From positions 32,001 through 96,000 of the forward strand of contig CAWJIM010000004.1 in the NCBI GenBank assembly GCA_963842945.1: DNA of 64,000 nucleotides. Direction: 5' to 3'. Shown here one piece after another: positions 30,762 to 41,553 of the stretch. Position numbers and translations under genes: made by a program. The first letter of the stretch is position 1, and every line of letters starts with the position of its first letter. The notes under the pieces were generated by a model, which saw only the letters and a program-made list of their open reading frames with translations, made no database searches and had not been told where the DNA came from. Source of the stretch: an uncultured Gemmatimonadales bacterium (GTDB taxonomy: Bacteria > Gemmatimonadota > Gemmatimonadetes > Gemmatimonadales > GWC2-71-9).

Positions 30762-33666
30762 GTGACCGACGTTCTTGCCCGGCTCCAGTCCGCGCTTCCC
30801 GGCAACTACCGGGTAGAGCGAGAGCTTGGCCGCGGAGGCATGGCGACGGTCTGGCTGGCCCACGACCTCAAGCACGATCGCCAGGTCGCCATCAAGGTGA
30901 TTCATCCGGAGCTGGCCGAGGCGCTCGGCGACGAACGGTTCCTCCGCGAGATCCGCATCGCCGCCCACCTGCAGCATCCCCACATCCTACCCTGATCGAT
31001 TCCGGCACGAACCCCGCGGCGGAGACACGGCGGGATCTCTCTATTACGTGATGCCGTACGTCGAGGGCGAGACGCTGCGCCAACGGCTCACTCGCGAAGG
31101 CCGGCTTTCACCGGAGGACACCGTCCGGATTCTTGAAGGACGTTCTGGACGCACTGATCCATGCCCACCGCCACGGCATCGTCCATCGCGATCTCAAGCC
31201 GGAGAACATCATGCTGGCCGGCCGCCACGCTCTGGTCATGGACTTCGGGGTCGCCAAGGCGCTGGCCGAGAGTCAGGATCATCCAACCGAGACACTGACC
31301 GCCATGGGCTTTGCCCTGGGCACTCCGGCGTACATGTCGCCCGAGCAGGCGGCGGGACAGTCCAACATCGATGCCCGTTCGGACCTCTACGCCGTCGGAG
31401 TGCTGGGCTACGAGATGCTGAGCGGAAAGCCGCCTTTCACCGGACTGACTCCCCAGGCCATTCTCGCCTCCCAGGTCACCCGGGCACCCGCTTCGCTCGG
31501 TCAGGTACGGCCCGAGCCGCCGCCGGAGCTGGCCGGAATCATCATGCGCTCTCTGGAGAAGGACCCGGAGCAGCGCTGGAGCTCAGCCGAGGAGATGCTG
31601 TCCCGGCTGGAACAGCTCTCAGTGATCCGAGGCGGCCGGCTCCGGAAGCCGCTGCTGGCTGGGGCAGTGATGTTGCCGCTGCTGATTGCCGCCGGATGGT
31701 TCGGCTGGGCCAAGCCCTCTCGGGAGCGGCATTGGGTACGCGGAGGAAGCCATTCCGCGGATGCTGGCCTTGAGCGAGGCCGGCGAAAACGAGAAGACCT
31801 ACAACCTCGCACGCCGAGTCGAGGCAGTGGCGCCGGACGATTCCCTGTACAACGTTCTGCGCTCCCGGTTCGTCCGCCCGGTCAGCATACGGACCGTCCC
31901 GGCCGGCGCCGAGGTGTTCCGGAAGGACTACGGCGCGCCGGACTCCACCTGGATTCCGCTGGGACGCACTCCGCTCGAACGGGCGATTCTGTCCTGGGCT
32001 GGCGGGGGCGCTGTCGGCACCACCGACCGTCTCAGGATCCAAGCTCCTGGCTACAGGACTCTGGAGCTGGTGGGTGTCCCCTTCGATTCGGTCATCCGGC
32101 TCGACAGGGAAGATGCGCTTCCTCCAGAGATGGTGCGGGTGGGTGGCGGACATCTCGATTACACCTTCTTCCGGTTCGGGCGGAAGGACGTTCGGGTGGG
32201 CGACTTCCTGATGGACCGGTACGAGGTGACGAACCGGGAGTTCAAGCGCTTCGTGGACGATGGCGGCTACCGCCGGAAGGAGCTGTGGGAGCACCCTTTC
32301 CAGGTGAACGGAAAGACGCTCGACTGGGCAGCAGGCGGTGTCCCGGATGGTGGACCGCACCGGGCGGCCAGGTCCCTCCACCTGGGAGGCCGGCGACTAT
32401 CCCGCCGGCCAGGACGACTACCCGGTGAGCGGGGTCAGCTGGTACGAGGCCGCTGCATACGCGAAATACGCCGGGAAGTCGCTGCCCTCGGTGGTACACT
32501 GGAACCGCGCGGCGGGTCTCCAGCTCAGCGCGTCCGTCGTCCCCTTGAGCAACTACTCGAGCCAGGCACCCTGGCCGGTGGGCAGAGGGCGGAATCAGCC
32601 CGTTCGGCACCTATGACATGGCGGGCAACGTGCGCGAGTGGTGCTACAACCAGGACGGCGGCAACCGCTTCATCCTGGGCGGCGGCTGGAACGACCTGCC
32701 CTACCAGTTCACCGACACCTACACTCAGCCGATGTTCGACCGGTCGCCCGATCAACGGGATTCGCCTGGTGAAGTATCTCGGGAGCGACTCGGCCCAGGC
32801 GCAAGTCCATGGAGCCGCTCCGCCGGGAGAGCCGCGATTTCATGAAGGAGCGGCCCGCGTCCGACGCGGTGTTCGCCGCCTACAAGCGGATGTACGAGTA
32901 CGACAAGGGAGCGCTGGACGCCCGGATCATGGAGACGGTGGACGAGGGAGACTGGACCCGTCAGCTGATCCGGATGAACGCGGCCTACGCCAACGACACG
33001 CTGCTCACGCTACCTCTATCTGCCCAAGCGGGGGACAAAGCCATTTCCGGTGGTGGTCTTCTGGCCTGGCTCCAACGTGGTGCGTGACGCCGAGCCACGA
33101 CCTCGTCCGGCAATCATCAGCTTCATCCTGACCAGCGGGCGCGCCATAGTGCAGCCGGTATTCAAGGGAACTCTGCAGCGGAAGGATGCTCTCAGGAGCG
33201 ATGATCAGGACAGCACGATTCTCTATCGCGACCACGTCATCATGTGGGCCAAGGACCTGAGCCGAAGCCTGGATTATCTGGAGACCCGGCCCGATGTGAC
33301 CCTGGACCGCCTGGCCTTCTATGGCGTGAGCTGGGGCGGAAGGATGGGCGGGATGATTCCCGCGGTGGAGCCCCGCATCAAGGTAAACGTGCTCAACGTC
33401 GCGGGGTTGTCGTTCGAGCGAGCCAAGCCCGAAGTAGATCCAGTCAATTTCATCTCGCCGGGTCAGGATTCCCACCCTCATGCTCAGCGGCACGGTACGA
33501 CTTCTTTTTCCCCTACGAGACCAGCTCTTTCCCCATGTTCCGGCTGCTCGGCACCCCGCCCGATCAGAAGCGCTACGTGCTGGAGAACGGGAGTCATTTC
33601 GTGCCTCGCCCTCGTCTCATTCAGGAGACCCTGGCGTGGCTGGACAAGTATCAGCCGGTGAAGTAG
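30762..33666 (+). CDS. Ser/Thr kinase - TM - FGE-sulfatase-like domain - alpha/beta hydrolase fusion; many frameshifts
   Basis: LGRGGMATV, HRDLKPEN, DFG; DRYEVTNREF, PVSGVSWYEAAAY, DMAGNVREW; GVSWGG, YDFFFP, SHF. Confidence 0.8.
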
Positions 33667-33745
33667 TCACGAGACATGAGTCGCGAGTCGCGAGTCGCGA
33701 GTCGCGAGTCAGGAGTCAGGATCAGGAGTCACGAGTCAGGATCAG
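33664..33745 (+). repeat. Heptamer tandem array (GAGTCGC/GAGTCAG/GAGTCAC) x~12
   Basis: 4 perfect GAGTCGC units at 33678-33705 plus degenerate units; begins at the kinase stop codon. Confidence 0.9.
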
Positions 33746-33836
33746 AAGTGTACGGACGCCCGCTTCCGGGCGACGATTTCCGGGTAATCGGAGACCTGAC
33801 CATCCGGGGAACCACCCGCGAAGCGGAAAGGACGGA

Positions 33837-33863
33837 GTCATTGTGAGATGCCCTCGCAATGAC
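33837..33863. repeat. Short GTCAT...ATGAC hairpin
   Basis: GTCATTGTGAG-ATGCC-CTCGCAATGAC (10/11 plus a G-T pair) between convergent genes. Confidence 0.7.
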
Positions 33864-33872
33864 ACCTGACTG

Positions 33873-34517
33873 TTATAGGGCGGTGGCCACACCCGTGGCC
33901 ACCAGGGCCAGGGCCCAAAGCAGATCGAGGTTCACCCACGCAGTCCTGAGGAACCGGAGCCCCACCTTCTCATAGACGATTGCCGCGATCGCTCCGGTCA
34001 CCAGCAGGTAGCCCCCGGTATGTACCACCGCGGCGGTGATCCCGCTCCACTGTATCCCCGCGCCGTCCAGCATGCCGGCCGACAGATGATGCACATGCTC
34101 GGCCGAGGGCAGATGGCCCAGCACCAGCGGCAGCACCATGAGTCCGGCTCCATGTGCCGTCGCCATCAGAAAGGACCAGGTCGCGAGCTCGCGGCTGTTC
34201 ACCTGCATTCCGCCGTAGACGATGTGGCGGGAGCGGACCAGCCGGTAAACGCCGAGGGCGACCAGCACGCCGGCCACTCCCCACTTGAGGGTTGAGGGCG
34301 GGAGCAGCGATCCGACGGCGGCGGCGGCACCGATCGTCACCAGCATCGCCACGGCGTGACCCACCGCCAGCGGGCCCAGCGCCGACCAGACCGCCTTTCG
34401 GCTGCCGCGCTGAAGCCCCAGTGCAACGGCGAAGAGCCAACCCATCGCGGGGTTGATCCCGTGACCCGCTCCAAGCGCCAGGAGGCCGGCCCAATATCCG
34501 TCAGTCAGGGAAAGCAC
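33873..34517 (-). CDS. His-rich polytopic membrane protein downstream of SBP56
   Basis: GHGINPAMGWLFAVALG, VGHAVA, AHGAG and HLPSAEHVHH motifs; ~6 TM. Confidence 0.78.
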   Translation of the reverse strand: MLSLTDGYWAGLLALGAGHGINPAMGWLFAVALGLQRGSRKAVWSALGPLAVGHAVAMLVTIGAAAAVGSLLPPSTLKWGVAGVLVALGVYRLVRSRHIVYGGMQVNSRELATWSFLMATAHGAGLMVLPLVLGHLPSAEHVHHLSAGMLDGAGIQWSGITAAVVHTGGYLLVTGAIAAIVYEKVGLRFLRTAWVNLDLLWALALVATGVATAL

Positions 34518-34550
34518 CTTTCACCACTCGTTCCATCGTTCGTCGTCCGC

Positions 34551-35949
34551 TCAGGAGAAGCAGAACGAATCCGAGGACGCGTCCCCGCCCTGGAGCCGCA
34601 CCTGGTGGCAGCGAACGCCGCGCTCCATCTCCAGGAAGAACTTGGGGTCGAGCGCCATGCCGCCGTTGGGCTTGGTGTCCAACTTCACCATCCAGCTCTC
34701 CAGGCCCGCCGGATAGAACTGATCGTCCCAGGGTGAGTACAGGCCGTTGGTCAGGTACACTCTCCTGCCATCCCGACTCAGCTCGACCATTTGGGGGCCG
34801 CCGTTGAGCCGCTTGCCCGGATTGGCCGGGTGCGCCGCACGACGCACGATCCCACCGATCTGCGTGGTTGCGGTGAGCTTGGGATTAAACGGGTCGCTCA
34901 CGTCGTATTGTCTCAGCTCGCCGGTTCCCCAGCAGGAGACGTAGAGCTGCCGGTCGTCCAGCGAGAGGTTGATGTCGGTAATAAGTGGCGCCACCGCCTT
35001 GAAGCCCTGCAGCAGCGGCGGCAGGTCCGCGGGATCCGCCGGCTCAGCCGGGATCTCGATAACCTTTTTTATCTTCCACTGCGTCCCCACCTTCCTTATA
35101 CCACAGCCACACACTCGCCGAGAGATCCTTCAGCGAAATCACCACGCCCACGAAGCCGTACGCCTTCCGGGGGTCGCGCGCGGGACGAAGCTCCAGCGTC
35201 ATCTGATACTCGTCGCCCAGATGGATCTTCTGCTGGTGCTTGCCGTTTCGCAGGTTCCACACATGGAGTGAGTTGCCGTACTTCCCGCCCAGCAGCATTT
35301 CGGGGACGACGCCCTGGCGCACCATGTTGGGGAAGCCCCACTCGCTGGTGATGGTCGTGTCGTGACCCAGGTGCCAGGCGAAGTCGTAGCCGAAGCGCTG
35401 GGGGCCGCGATCCTTCTCCCAGATTCCCTTGGGCTCGAAGCTGTCGTGGTCCAGGATGAAGATGCCGCCGGGCCCCTCGCCGTCGGGCGCGCCGAGGGCG
35501 GAGATGTAGATCCCGTCGGGGCCGCAGTGCACCGTGTGCGGCGTGGAGTAGTTGGTCTTCTTGGCCACGGTTTCTGCCTCGATCACCTTGACCAGCTCGG
35601 GTTGCCGCGGGTTGGCCTTGGTGTCGAGGATGTGAATCCGGGACGAGTTCACCCCCGGCACCACCAGATAGCGGCGCTCGACGTGCGGGTGCGGCGCCCA
35701 GGGACAGAGACTCGCGCTGCAGGCGTTCCAGCCGAAGTGGTGCAGCTCGTCGCCGTCGTTGGGCATGTCGAACTGCCCGACCAGCCGGCCGAATGACTTG
35801 GAGCCCGGCTTCACGTCGACCACACCGATGGCGTCGGGCCGTGAGGTGCTGGGGTTGAGCATCGCGAGATAGGCGAGCTCTTCGGGCGGCGCTTCCGCCG
35901 CCTGTTTGGCGGATGGATAGAAGGTGGGGTCGGGACGTAGGCTGGGCAT
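34551..35949 (-). CDS. Selenium-binding protein SBP56 / methanethiol oxidase family; frameshift near 35085
   Basis: GDELHHFGWNACS, PHTVHCGP, GYDFAW, LITDINLSLDDR.LYVSCW, GGPQMVELSRDG, WDDQFYP and GGDASSD motifs. Confidence 0.92.
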
Positions 35950-35993
35950 GGCTGCTCTCCGGATGTCTCTGAACTCAGTAATGGTCTCTATAT

Positions 35994-36023
35994 AGGACCC
36001 ATACGGATAAAGGACCCATACGG
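35994..36023. promoter_or_regulatory. 13-bp direct repeat upstream of SBP56
   Basis: AGGACCCATACGG at 35994-36006 and 36011-36023. Confidence 0.55.
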
Positions 36024-36097
36024 GGAAGTCGACAAAACTGCAAGGAGGGACGGAGGGTTCCTCACGTTCCCCACGCACCCCACGTAAATTCCGCCCG

Positions 36098-37347
36098 ATG
36101 ACCTCCCCAGCGCAGCCCGACCTCTCCAAGCTCCGGATCAATCGCGACGCGCCGCCGCCCAGTCTGAGCCGCGCAGTCCGGCGCAATGTGATCCTCGGTG
36201 TCGTCGCCCTGATTCTTCTGATCGGCGTATTTCTGGGTTGGCGCCGCGGGAGCGTCGTGACGGTGGAGACCGTCGTGGCCACGCCGCTCACCGCCGGTGG
36301 CTCGGGCGACAACGCCGGAAGCTCCAGCGTCACCGCCAACGGTTACGTGGTGGCGCGGACCCGGGCGTCGGTGTCGGCCAAGCTGCCGGGCCGGATTGCC
36401 GAGCTCAGGGTGAGCGAGGGATCCACCTCAAGAAGGACGAGATCATCGCCACGTCTGGAAAACGACGACTACCAGGCCCAGCTCGCCCAGGCGGAGGCGG
36501 CGCTGCTCACAGCCGGGCGGATCTGATGGAGGCGCGGGCGGCCTGGCGACAGCGGCGCAAGGAGGCCGAGCGCCTGCGGGATGATCCGGGCGCAGGAGTC
36601 CAGAGCCGTGGCCGAGCAGGAGTTCGATGCGGGGTGAGCGGGGAGAATCGGAGGCCGCGGCGCGGGTCCAGGCGGCGGAGGCGCGGATCGGGTCGGCCGG
36701 GCGGCGGCCGGAGCTTGCCCGGGCCAACCTGGAGAACACGGTCATCCGGGCGCCGTTCAGCGGCACCGTTCTCGGAAGGAAGCGGAGGTGGGCGAGGTGG
36801 TGGCGCCGTCGGTGGGAGGGGGACTGACTCGCGGCGCGGTGGTCACCATGGCCGATCTGACCACGCTCGAGGTCGAGGTGGACGTCAACGAGGCCTACAT
36901 CGCCCGGGTGACGAAGGCCCAGCCGGCCAAGATCACGCTCGATGCCTATCCCGACACCTCGTTTCGCGGGCGGGTGCGCCAGGTGGTGCCTACGGCCGAC
37001 CGGCAGCGCGCCACGGTGCAGGTCAAGGTGAGCCATCGTGGACCGGGATCCGCGGATCCTTCCGGAAATGGGTGCGCGGGTGGATTTTCTCGACACCGCG
37101 CGAGGGGCCGCCGGGGCCCCGCAGGGGCCGCTGCGGTTCCGGGTCCCCGCCGCGGCGGTGCGGGAAGTGGACGGCGAAACTGTCGTATGGCTGGTCCGGG
37201 ACGGCAGGCTCGAGTCCGCGCGCGGTGGAGGCGGGCCCGGTGAGCGGCGGATTCCGGGAGATCCGCTCCGGGCTCTCCGGCGGCGAGCTGCTGCTGACGG
37301 GCGGGGTGGATGAGCCGAAGGCGGGGATGCGGGTAAAGACGGAGTAG
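36098..37347 (+). CDS. Efflux periplasmic adaptor (MacA/HlyD family); frameshifted
   Basis: N-terminal TM; VTANGYVVARTRASVSAK, IRAPFSGTV, LEVEVDVNE and PTADRQRATVQVKV motifs. Confidence 0.85.
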
Positions 37348-37397
37348 AAGATCGGCAAAGTCTAGAAACTAGACCTGGCAGATATTCACGAGAATCA

Positions 37398-38088
37398 ATG
37401 GCCCTGGTAGAAATCCGTAACGTCTACAAAGTCTTCCAGCGCGACTCCGAGAAGATCGAGATCTTCACCGGCCTCACGCTCGACATCGCCGAGGGTTCGT
37501 TCACCGCGCTGATGGGCCCATCGGGATCGGGCAAGTCCACCCTGCTCAACCTGCTCGCCGGACTGGACAAGCCCACCAGCGGCAGCATCCGGGTGGCCGG
37601 GCTCCGAGGTGAGCGCGATGACCCCCGGCCAGCTGGCCGCCTGGCGGGCGGAGAACATCGGGTTCGTCTTCCAGACCCTGAACCTGCTGCCGGTGCTCAC
37701 CGCCTATCAGAACGTGGAGCTGCCGCTGCTGCTCACCCGGCTCTCCAAGAAGGAGCGCGACGAGCGGGTCAAGCTCGCGCTCGGAGTGGTGGGCTGCAGG
37801 ACCGGCTGAAGCACTATCCCCGGCAGCTCTCCGGCGGGCAGGAGCAGCGGGTCGCGATCGCGCGGGCGATCGTGGCCGATCCGACCCTGGTCCTGCTGGA
37901 CGAGCCCACCGGACAGCTCGACGCCAAGAGCTCGCAGGACGTGCTCGGCCTGCTGGAGCGGCTCAACGACGAGTTCAAGAAGACCATCATCATCGTCACC
38001 CACGACGCGCACGCCGCCGAGCGGGCCAAGACCGTGCTGCACCTGGAGAAGGGTGCCTTGATCGAGCGGGAGGCGGTGGTCGTCGTGA
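37398..38088 (+). CDS. ABC transporter ATP-binding protein (LolD/MacB-type); frameshifted
   Basis: [36 protein letters not shown] and VTHD motifs; end approximate. Confidence 0.88.
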
Positions 38089-39229
38089 AGTTTCTTCCTC
38101 TGGTGCTGGCCAATCTGGGCCGGCACAAGCGGCGGGTCTTTCTCACCATCAGCTAGCGTGGCGCTGGCGCTCTTCCTCTTCGCCTCGCTCCGAACCGTGG
38201 TCACCACGCTGGCCCGCGCCGCCCAGTTCGGCAGCGCCCGGCGGCTGGTGTGACCAAAACGCCACCGGCCTGGTCTTCCCCCTTCCGCTGAGCTATGCCA
38301 ACCGGCTCAAGGCCGACAAGGGGATCACGGCGGTGACCTGGGCCAACTGGTTCGGCGGCCGCTACGGCGACGGCAAGCGGTTCTTCGCCCAGTTCGCGGT
38401 GGACCCGACCTCCTATCTCGCGATGTATCCCGAGATCAGCCTGCCGGAAGATCAGAAGCAGGCATTCATCCGGGAGCGCTCCTCGGCCATCATCGGCCGC
38501 CGGCTGCTCGACGTGTTCGGCTGGAAGCTGGGACAGAACGTCACCATCCAGGGGACGATCTTTCCGGGCGACTGGACCTTCACCATCCGCGGGGTGTACA
38601 CCCCGACCGATGCCGGTGATCAACGACGACATGCTGATCTTCCATCACGAGTACCTGGAGGAGAGGATCGGCCGTCCCGGACATCGCCGGCTGGTACGTC
38701 CTGGAGATCAGCGATCCCAACAACTCCGCCGGCATGGCCAAGATGGTGGACGACCAGTTCCGAACTCCAGCGCCCCGACCAAGACCGGCACCGAGCAGGC
38801 GTTCAACGCCAGCTTTGCCACCATGTGGGGGAACGTGAGCCTGCTGATGGGTACCATCGGCATGGCGGTGGTGTTCGCCATCCTGCTGGTGACCGCCAAC
38901 GCCATGATGATGAGCGCCCGGGAGCGCACCAAGGAAGTGGCGGTGCTCAAGACCATCGGCTTCAGCGACCGGCGGCTGTTCGGAATGGTGATGCTGGAGG
39001 CGGCGATCATCACCCTGACCGGCGCGGTCATCGGCCTGGGCGGCGCCAAGCTGCTGTACAAGGCCAGCAACTTCAACGCCGCCGGCTTCCTGCCCGGCTT
39101 CGACGTCACCACCGACACGCTGCTCCTGGGTGCGGGGTCGCCCTGCTCCTGATGCTGGCCAGCGGATTGGTGCCGGCAATCCGGGCCGCCCGGCTGCCGG
39201 TGGTGCAGGCGCTGAGGACGGTCGAATGA
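38085..39229 (+). CDS. ABC transporter permease (FtsX/MacB-type); frameshifted
   Basis: [17 protein letters not shown] and [23 protein letters not shown] motifs. Confidence 0.85.
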
Positions 39230-40397
39230 AGATCCCGCTGGAGTACAACGCGCGGAGCCTGCTCCAGCGGCCGGTCTCCACCCTGCTCACCGCGCTGGGG
39301 ATCGGGCTGGTGGTCGCGGTCTTCATCGGGATGCTGGCGCTGGCCAACGGATTCCGGGCCGCGCTGATCAAGACCGGCTCGCCTCAGAACGTGATGGTGC
39401 TCCGGCGGGGCGCCGACTCCGAGCTCTCCAGCGGCCTGGACCGGCAGGCCGCGAGCATCCTGGCGTCCTCGCCTCACATCGCGACCGGGGCCGATGGCCG
39501 GCCGATGGTCAGCCCCGAGGTCTACGTCATCATTCCGCTGCCGCGGGCAGGGGGCAGCGACACCACCGGCCTGGCCAACGTGGTGGTGCGCGGCATCAGC
39601 CCCGCCGCCTGGACGGTGCGGAACAACGTCAAGATCGAGGCGGGCCGGAAACCGGAATCGGGCAAGGCCGAGATCTGCGTGGGCAAGAAGATGGCCGGCC
39701 GGTTCGACCACACCGGGCTCGGCGAGACCCTGCGCTTCGCCGGGCGCAACTGGACCGTGGTCTGCCGCTTCAGCGCCAACGGCTCGGCGTTCGAGTCGGA
39801 GATCTGGGGCGAGAACGAGCAGTTCATGCCGGTGTTCCGGGGCGACGCTTTCCAGTCGGTCAGCTTCCGGCTCAAGGATCCCGCCGCGTTCGACGAGGCC
39901 AAGCGGACGCTGGAGGGCGACCGGCGGCTCACGGTGGACGTGCACCGCGAGTCGGAGTTCTACGCCGAGCAGTCCGCAGCTGCTGGGCCGGATCCTCACC
40001 ATTCTCGCCCTCATGATCACCAGCATCATGGCGGTCGGCGCGATCTTCGGCGCGATCAACACCATGTACGCCGCGGTGGCGTCGCGGCGCCCACGAGATC
40101 GCGGTGCTGCTGACCCTCGGTTTCCATCCTCGGAGCGTGCTGGCCAGCTTTCTCGCCGAGTCGGCGTTGATCGCGGTGGTGGGCGGGGTGATCGGGGCGT
40201 TGCTGGCGCTTCCGATCAACGGGCTGGTCACCAGCACCACCAATTGGGCCAGCTTCAGCGAGATCGCATTCGGCTTCCGGGTGACGCCGGGACTGTTGCT
40301 GGCCGGGCTGATCTTCGCGGTGGTGATGGGCGTGATCGGGGGATTCTTCCCGGCCCGGCGGGCGGCTAGGCAGCCGGTGGTGCAGGCGTTGAGATAA
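39226..40397 (+). CDS. ABC transporter permease (FtsX/MacB-type); frameshifted
   Basis: [37 protein letters not shown] and GGFFPARRAAR motifs. Confidence 0.85.
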
Positions 40398-40404
40398 GGA
40401 ACTC

Positions 40405-40430
40405 CTCACGGCTTCTTCATAGTCTCCTCA
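40405..40430 (+). promoter_or_regulatory. Shared upstream motif, copy 1
   Basis: CTCACGGCTTCTTCATagTCTCCTCA; 24/26 identical to 41481-41506. Confidence 0.65.
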
Positions 40431-40472
40431 AGCTGCTTCACCGAGATTTCAGCACGGCTTCTGGAGGATTGT

Positions 40473-41473
40473 ATGTCCGTGCTGACCAAAGACGTCTGGG
40501 ATGTCTCCGAGCAGGACTTCCCGTCTACCTCACCGATCGAGACCCAGTTGGGTTTCCTGCTCCGCTATGCCATCCTGGCCCCTTCCGCCAAGAACAGTCA
40601 GCCCTGGTGTTTCGCCGTCCGGCAGAACCGGATCCATCTCCTGGCCGATATGCGGCGGCGGCAGCTGATTCAGGATCCCGGACAGCGGGAGCTGTACATC
40701 AGCCTGGGCTGCGCGCTGGAGAACCTCCTGGTGGCTGCCGAGCATTTCGGCTTCCGCCATGGCGTCAGCTACTTCCCCGAGCCGGAGAACCAGGAGCTGG
40801 TCGCGAGCGTGACCTTCGCCCGGGCGGAGTCCCTTCCCTTGCCCGGGCCGGCGCGCGGCTGAGCGCCATCGTCCAGCGGCACAACGACAACAGCGTCTTC
40901 CGTCCGGCGGTCATCCCGGAAGCCATTCGGACCCAGCTCGTGGCCTGCTGCACCGAGCCCGAGCTTCGCGTCCATCTCACCGATGACCCGCATTTCCGCC
41001 GGTGGATCGATGCGCTCACCGTCGAGGCCGATCGCACCGAATTCGCCGATCCGGCGTTTCGCCGCGAGCTGAGCTACTGGATCGGCCAGGGAGTGTTCGG
41101 GTCATCCCGGCTGATGGCGGGGCTGGAGCGATGGTCGTCTCGCACGTGGACCTGGGAGAGCCGGTGGCACGCAGGATCACGATATGCTGGAGAGCGCCTC
41201 GCTGCTGGGCTTGATCTGCGCCTCGGGCGACAGCCATCTGCTGCACGTCAGGACCGGACAGCTGTTCGAGCGGCTCTGGCTCACCGCCACCTCGGTGGGC
41301 GTCAGCCTTCATCCGATGAGCCAGACGATGCGCCACCCGGAGCTTCGGGCCGCCGTCGCGGAGCTGCTCCCTCAGCGGGCTGGGTGCCGCAGCACCTGTT
41401 CCGGGTGGGATTCTCCTCCCGAAACGATGAGCGGCACACACCCCGCCGGAGGCTGGAGGACGTGCTGGTCTAA
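40473..41473 (+). CDS. Acg family FMN-binding nitroreductase-like protein; frameshifted
   Basis: [42 protein letters not shown] and TPRR motifs. Confidence 0.85.
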
Positions 41474-41480
41474 GACACAA

Positions 41481-41506
41481 CTCACGGCTTCTTCATCCTC
41501 TCCTCA
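41481..41506 (+). promoter_or_regulatory. Shared upstream motif, copy 2
   Basis: CTCACGGCTTCTTCATccTCTCCTCA. Confidence 0.65.
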
Positions 41507-41553
41507 TAGTTGCGGCGCTATCCTGGGGCCCAGCCCTCACAGGAGAGTTCCCT

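Noticed and set aside
30993..30995. In-frame TGA in kinase 2 (and TAG at 38154-56) as recoding sites
   Set aside because: Homology continues in a different frame (HILP-LIDS; TI-ASVAL), so these are indels, unlike the peroxiredoxin UGA.
33664..33745. CRISPR array (also considered at 16964 and 63707)
   Set aside because: Units are 7-8 bp with no unique spacers, and there are no cas genes.
33795..33840. Possible riboswitch or hammerhead (CTGACCATCC...GCGAAGCGGAAAGGACGG)
   Set aside because: It lacks the CUGANGA core or a recognisable aptamer consensus and lies between convergent 3' ends.
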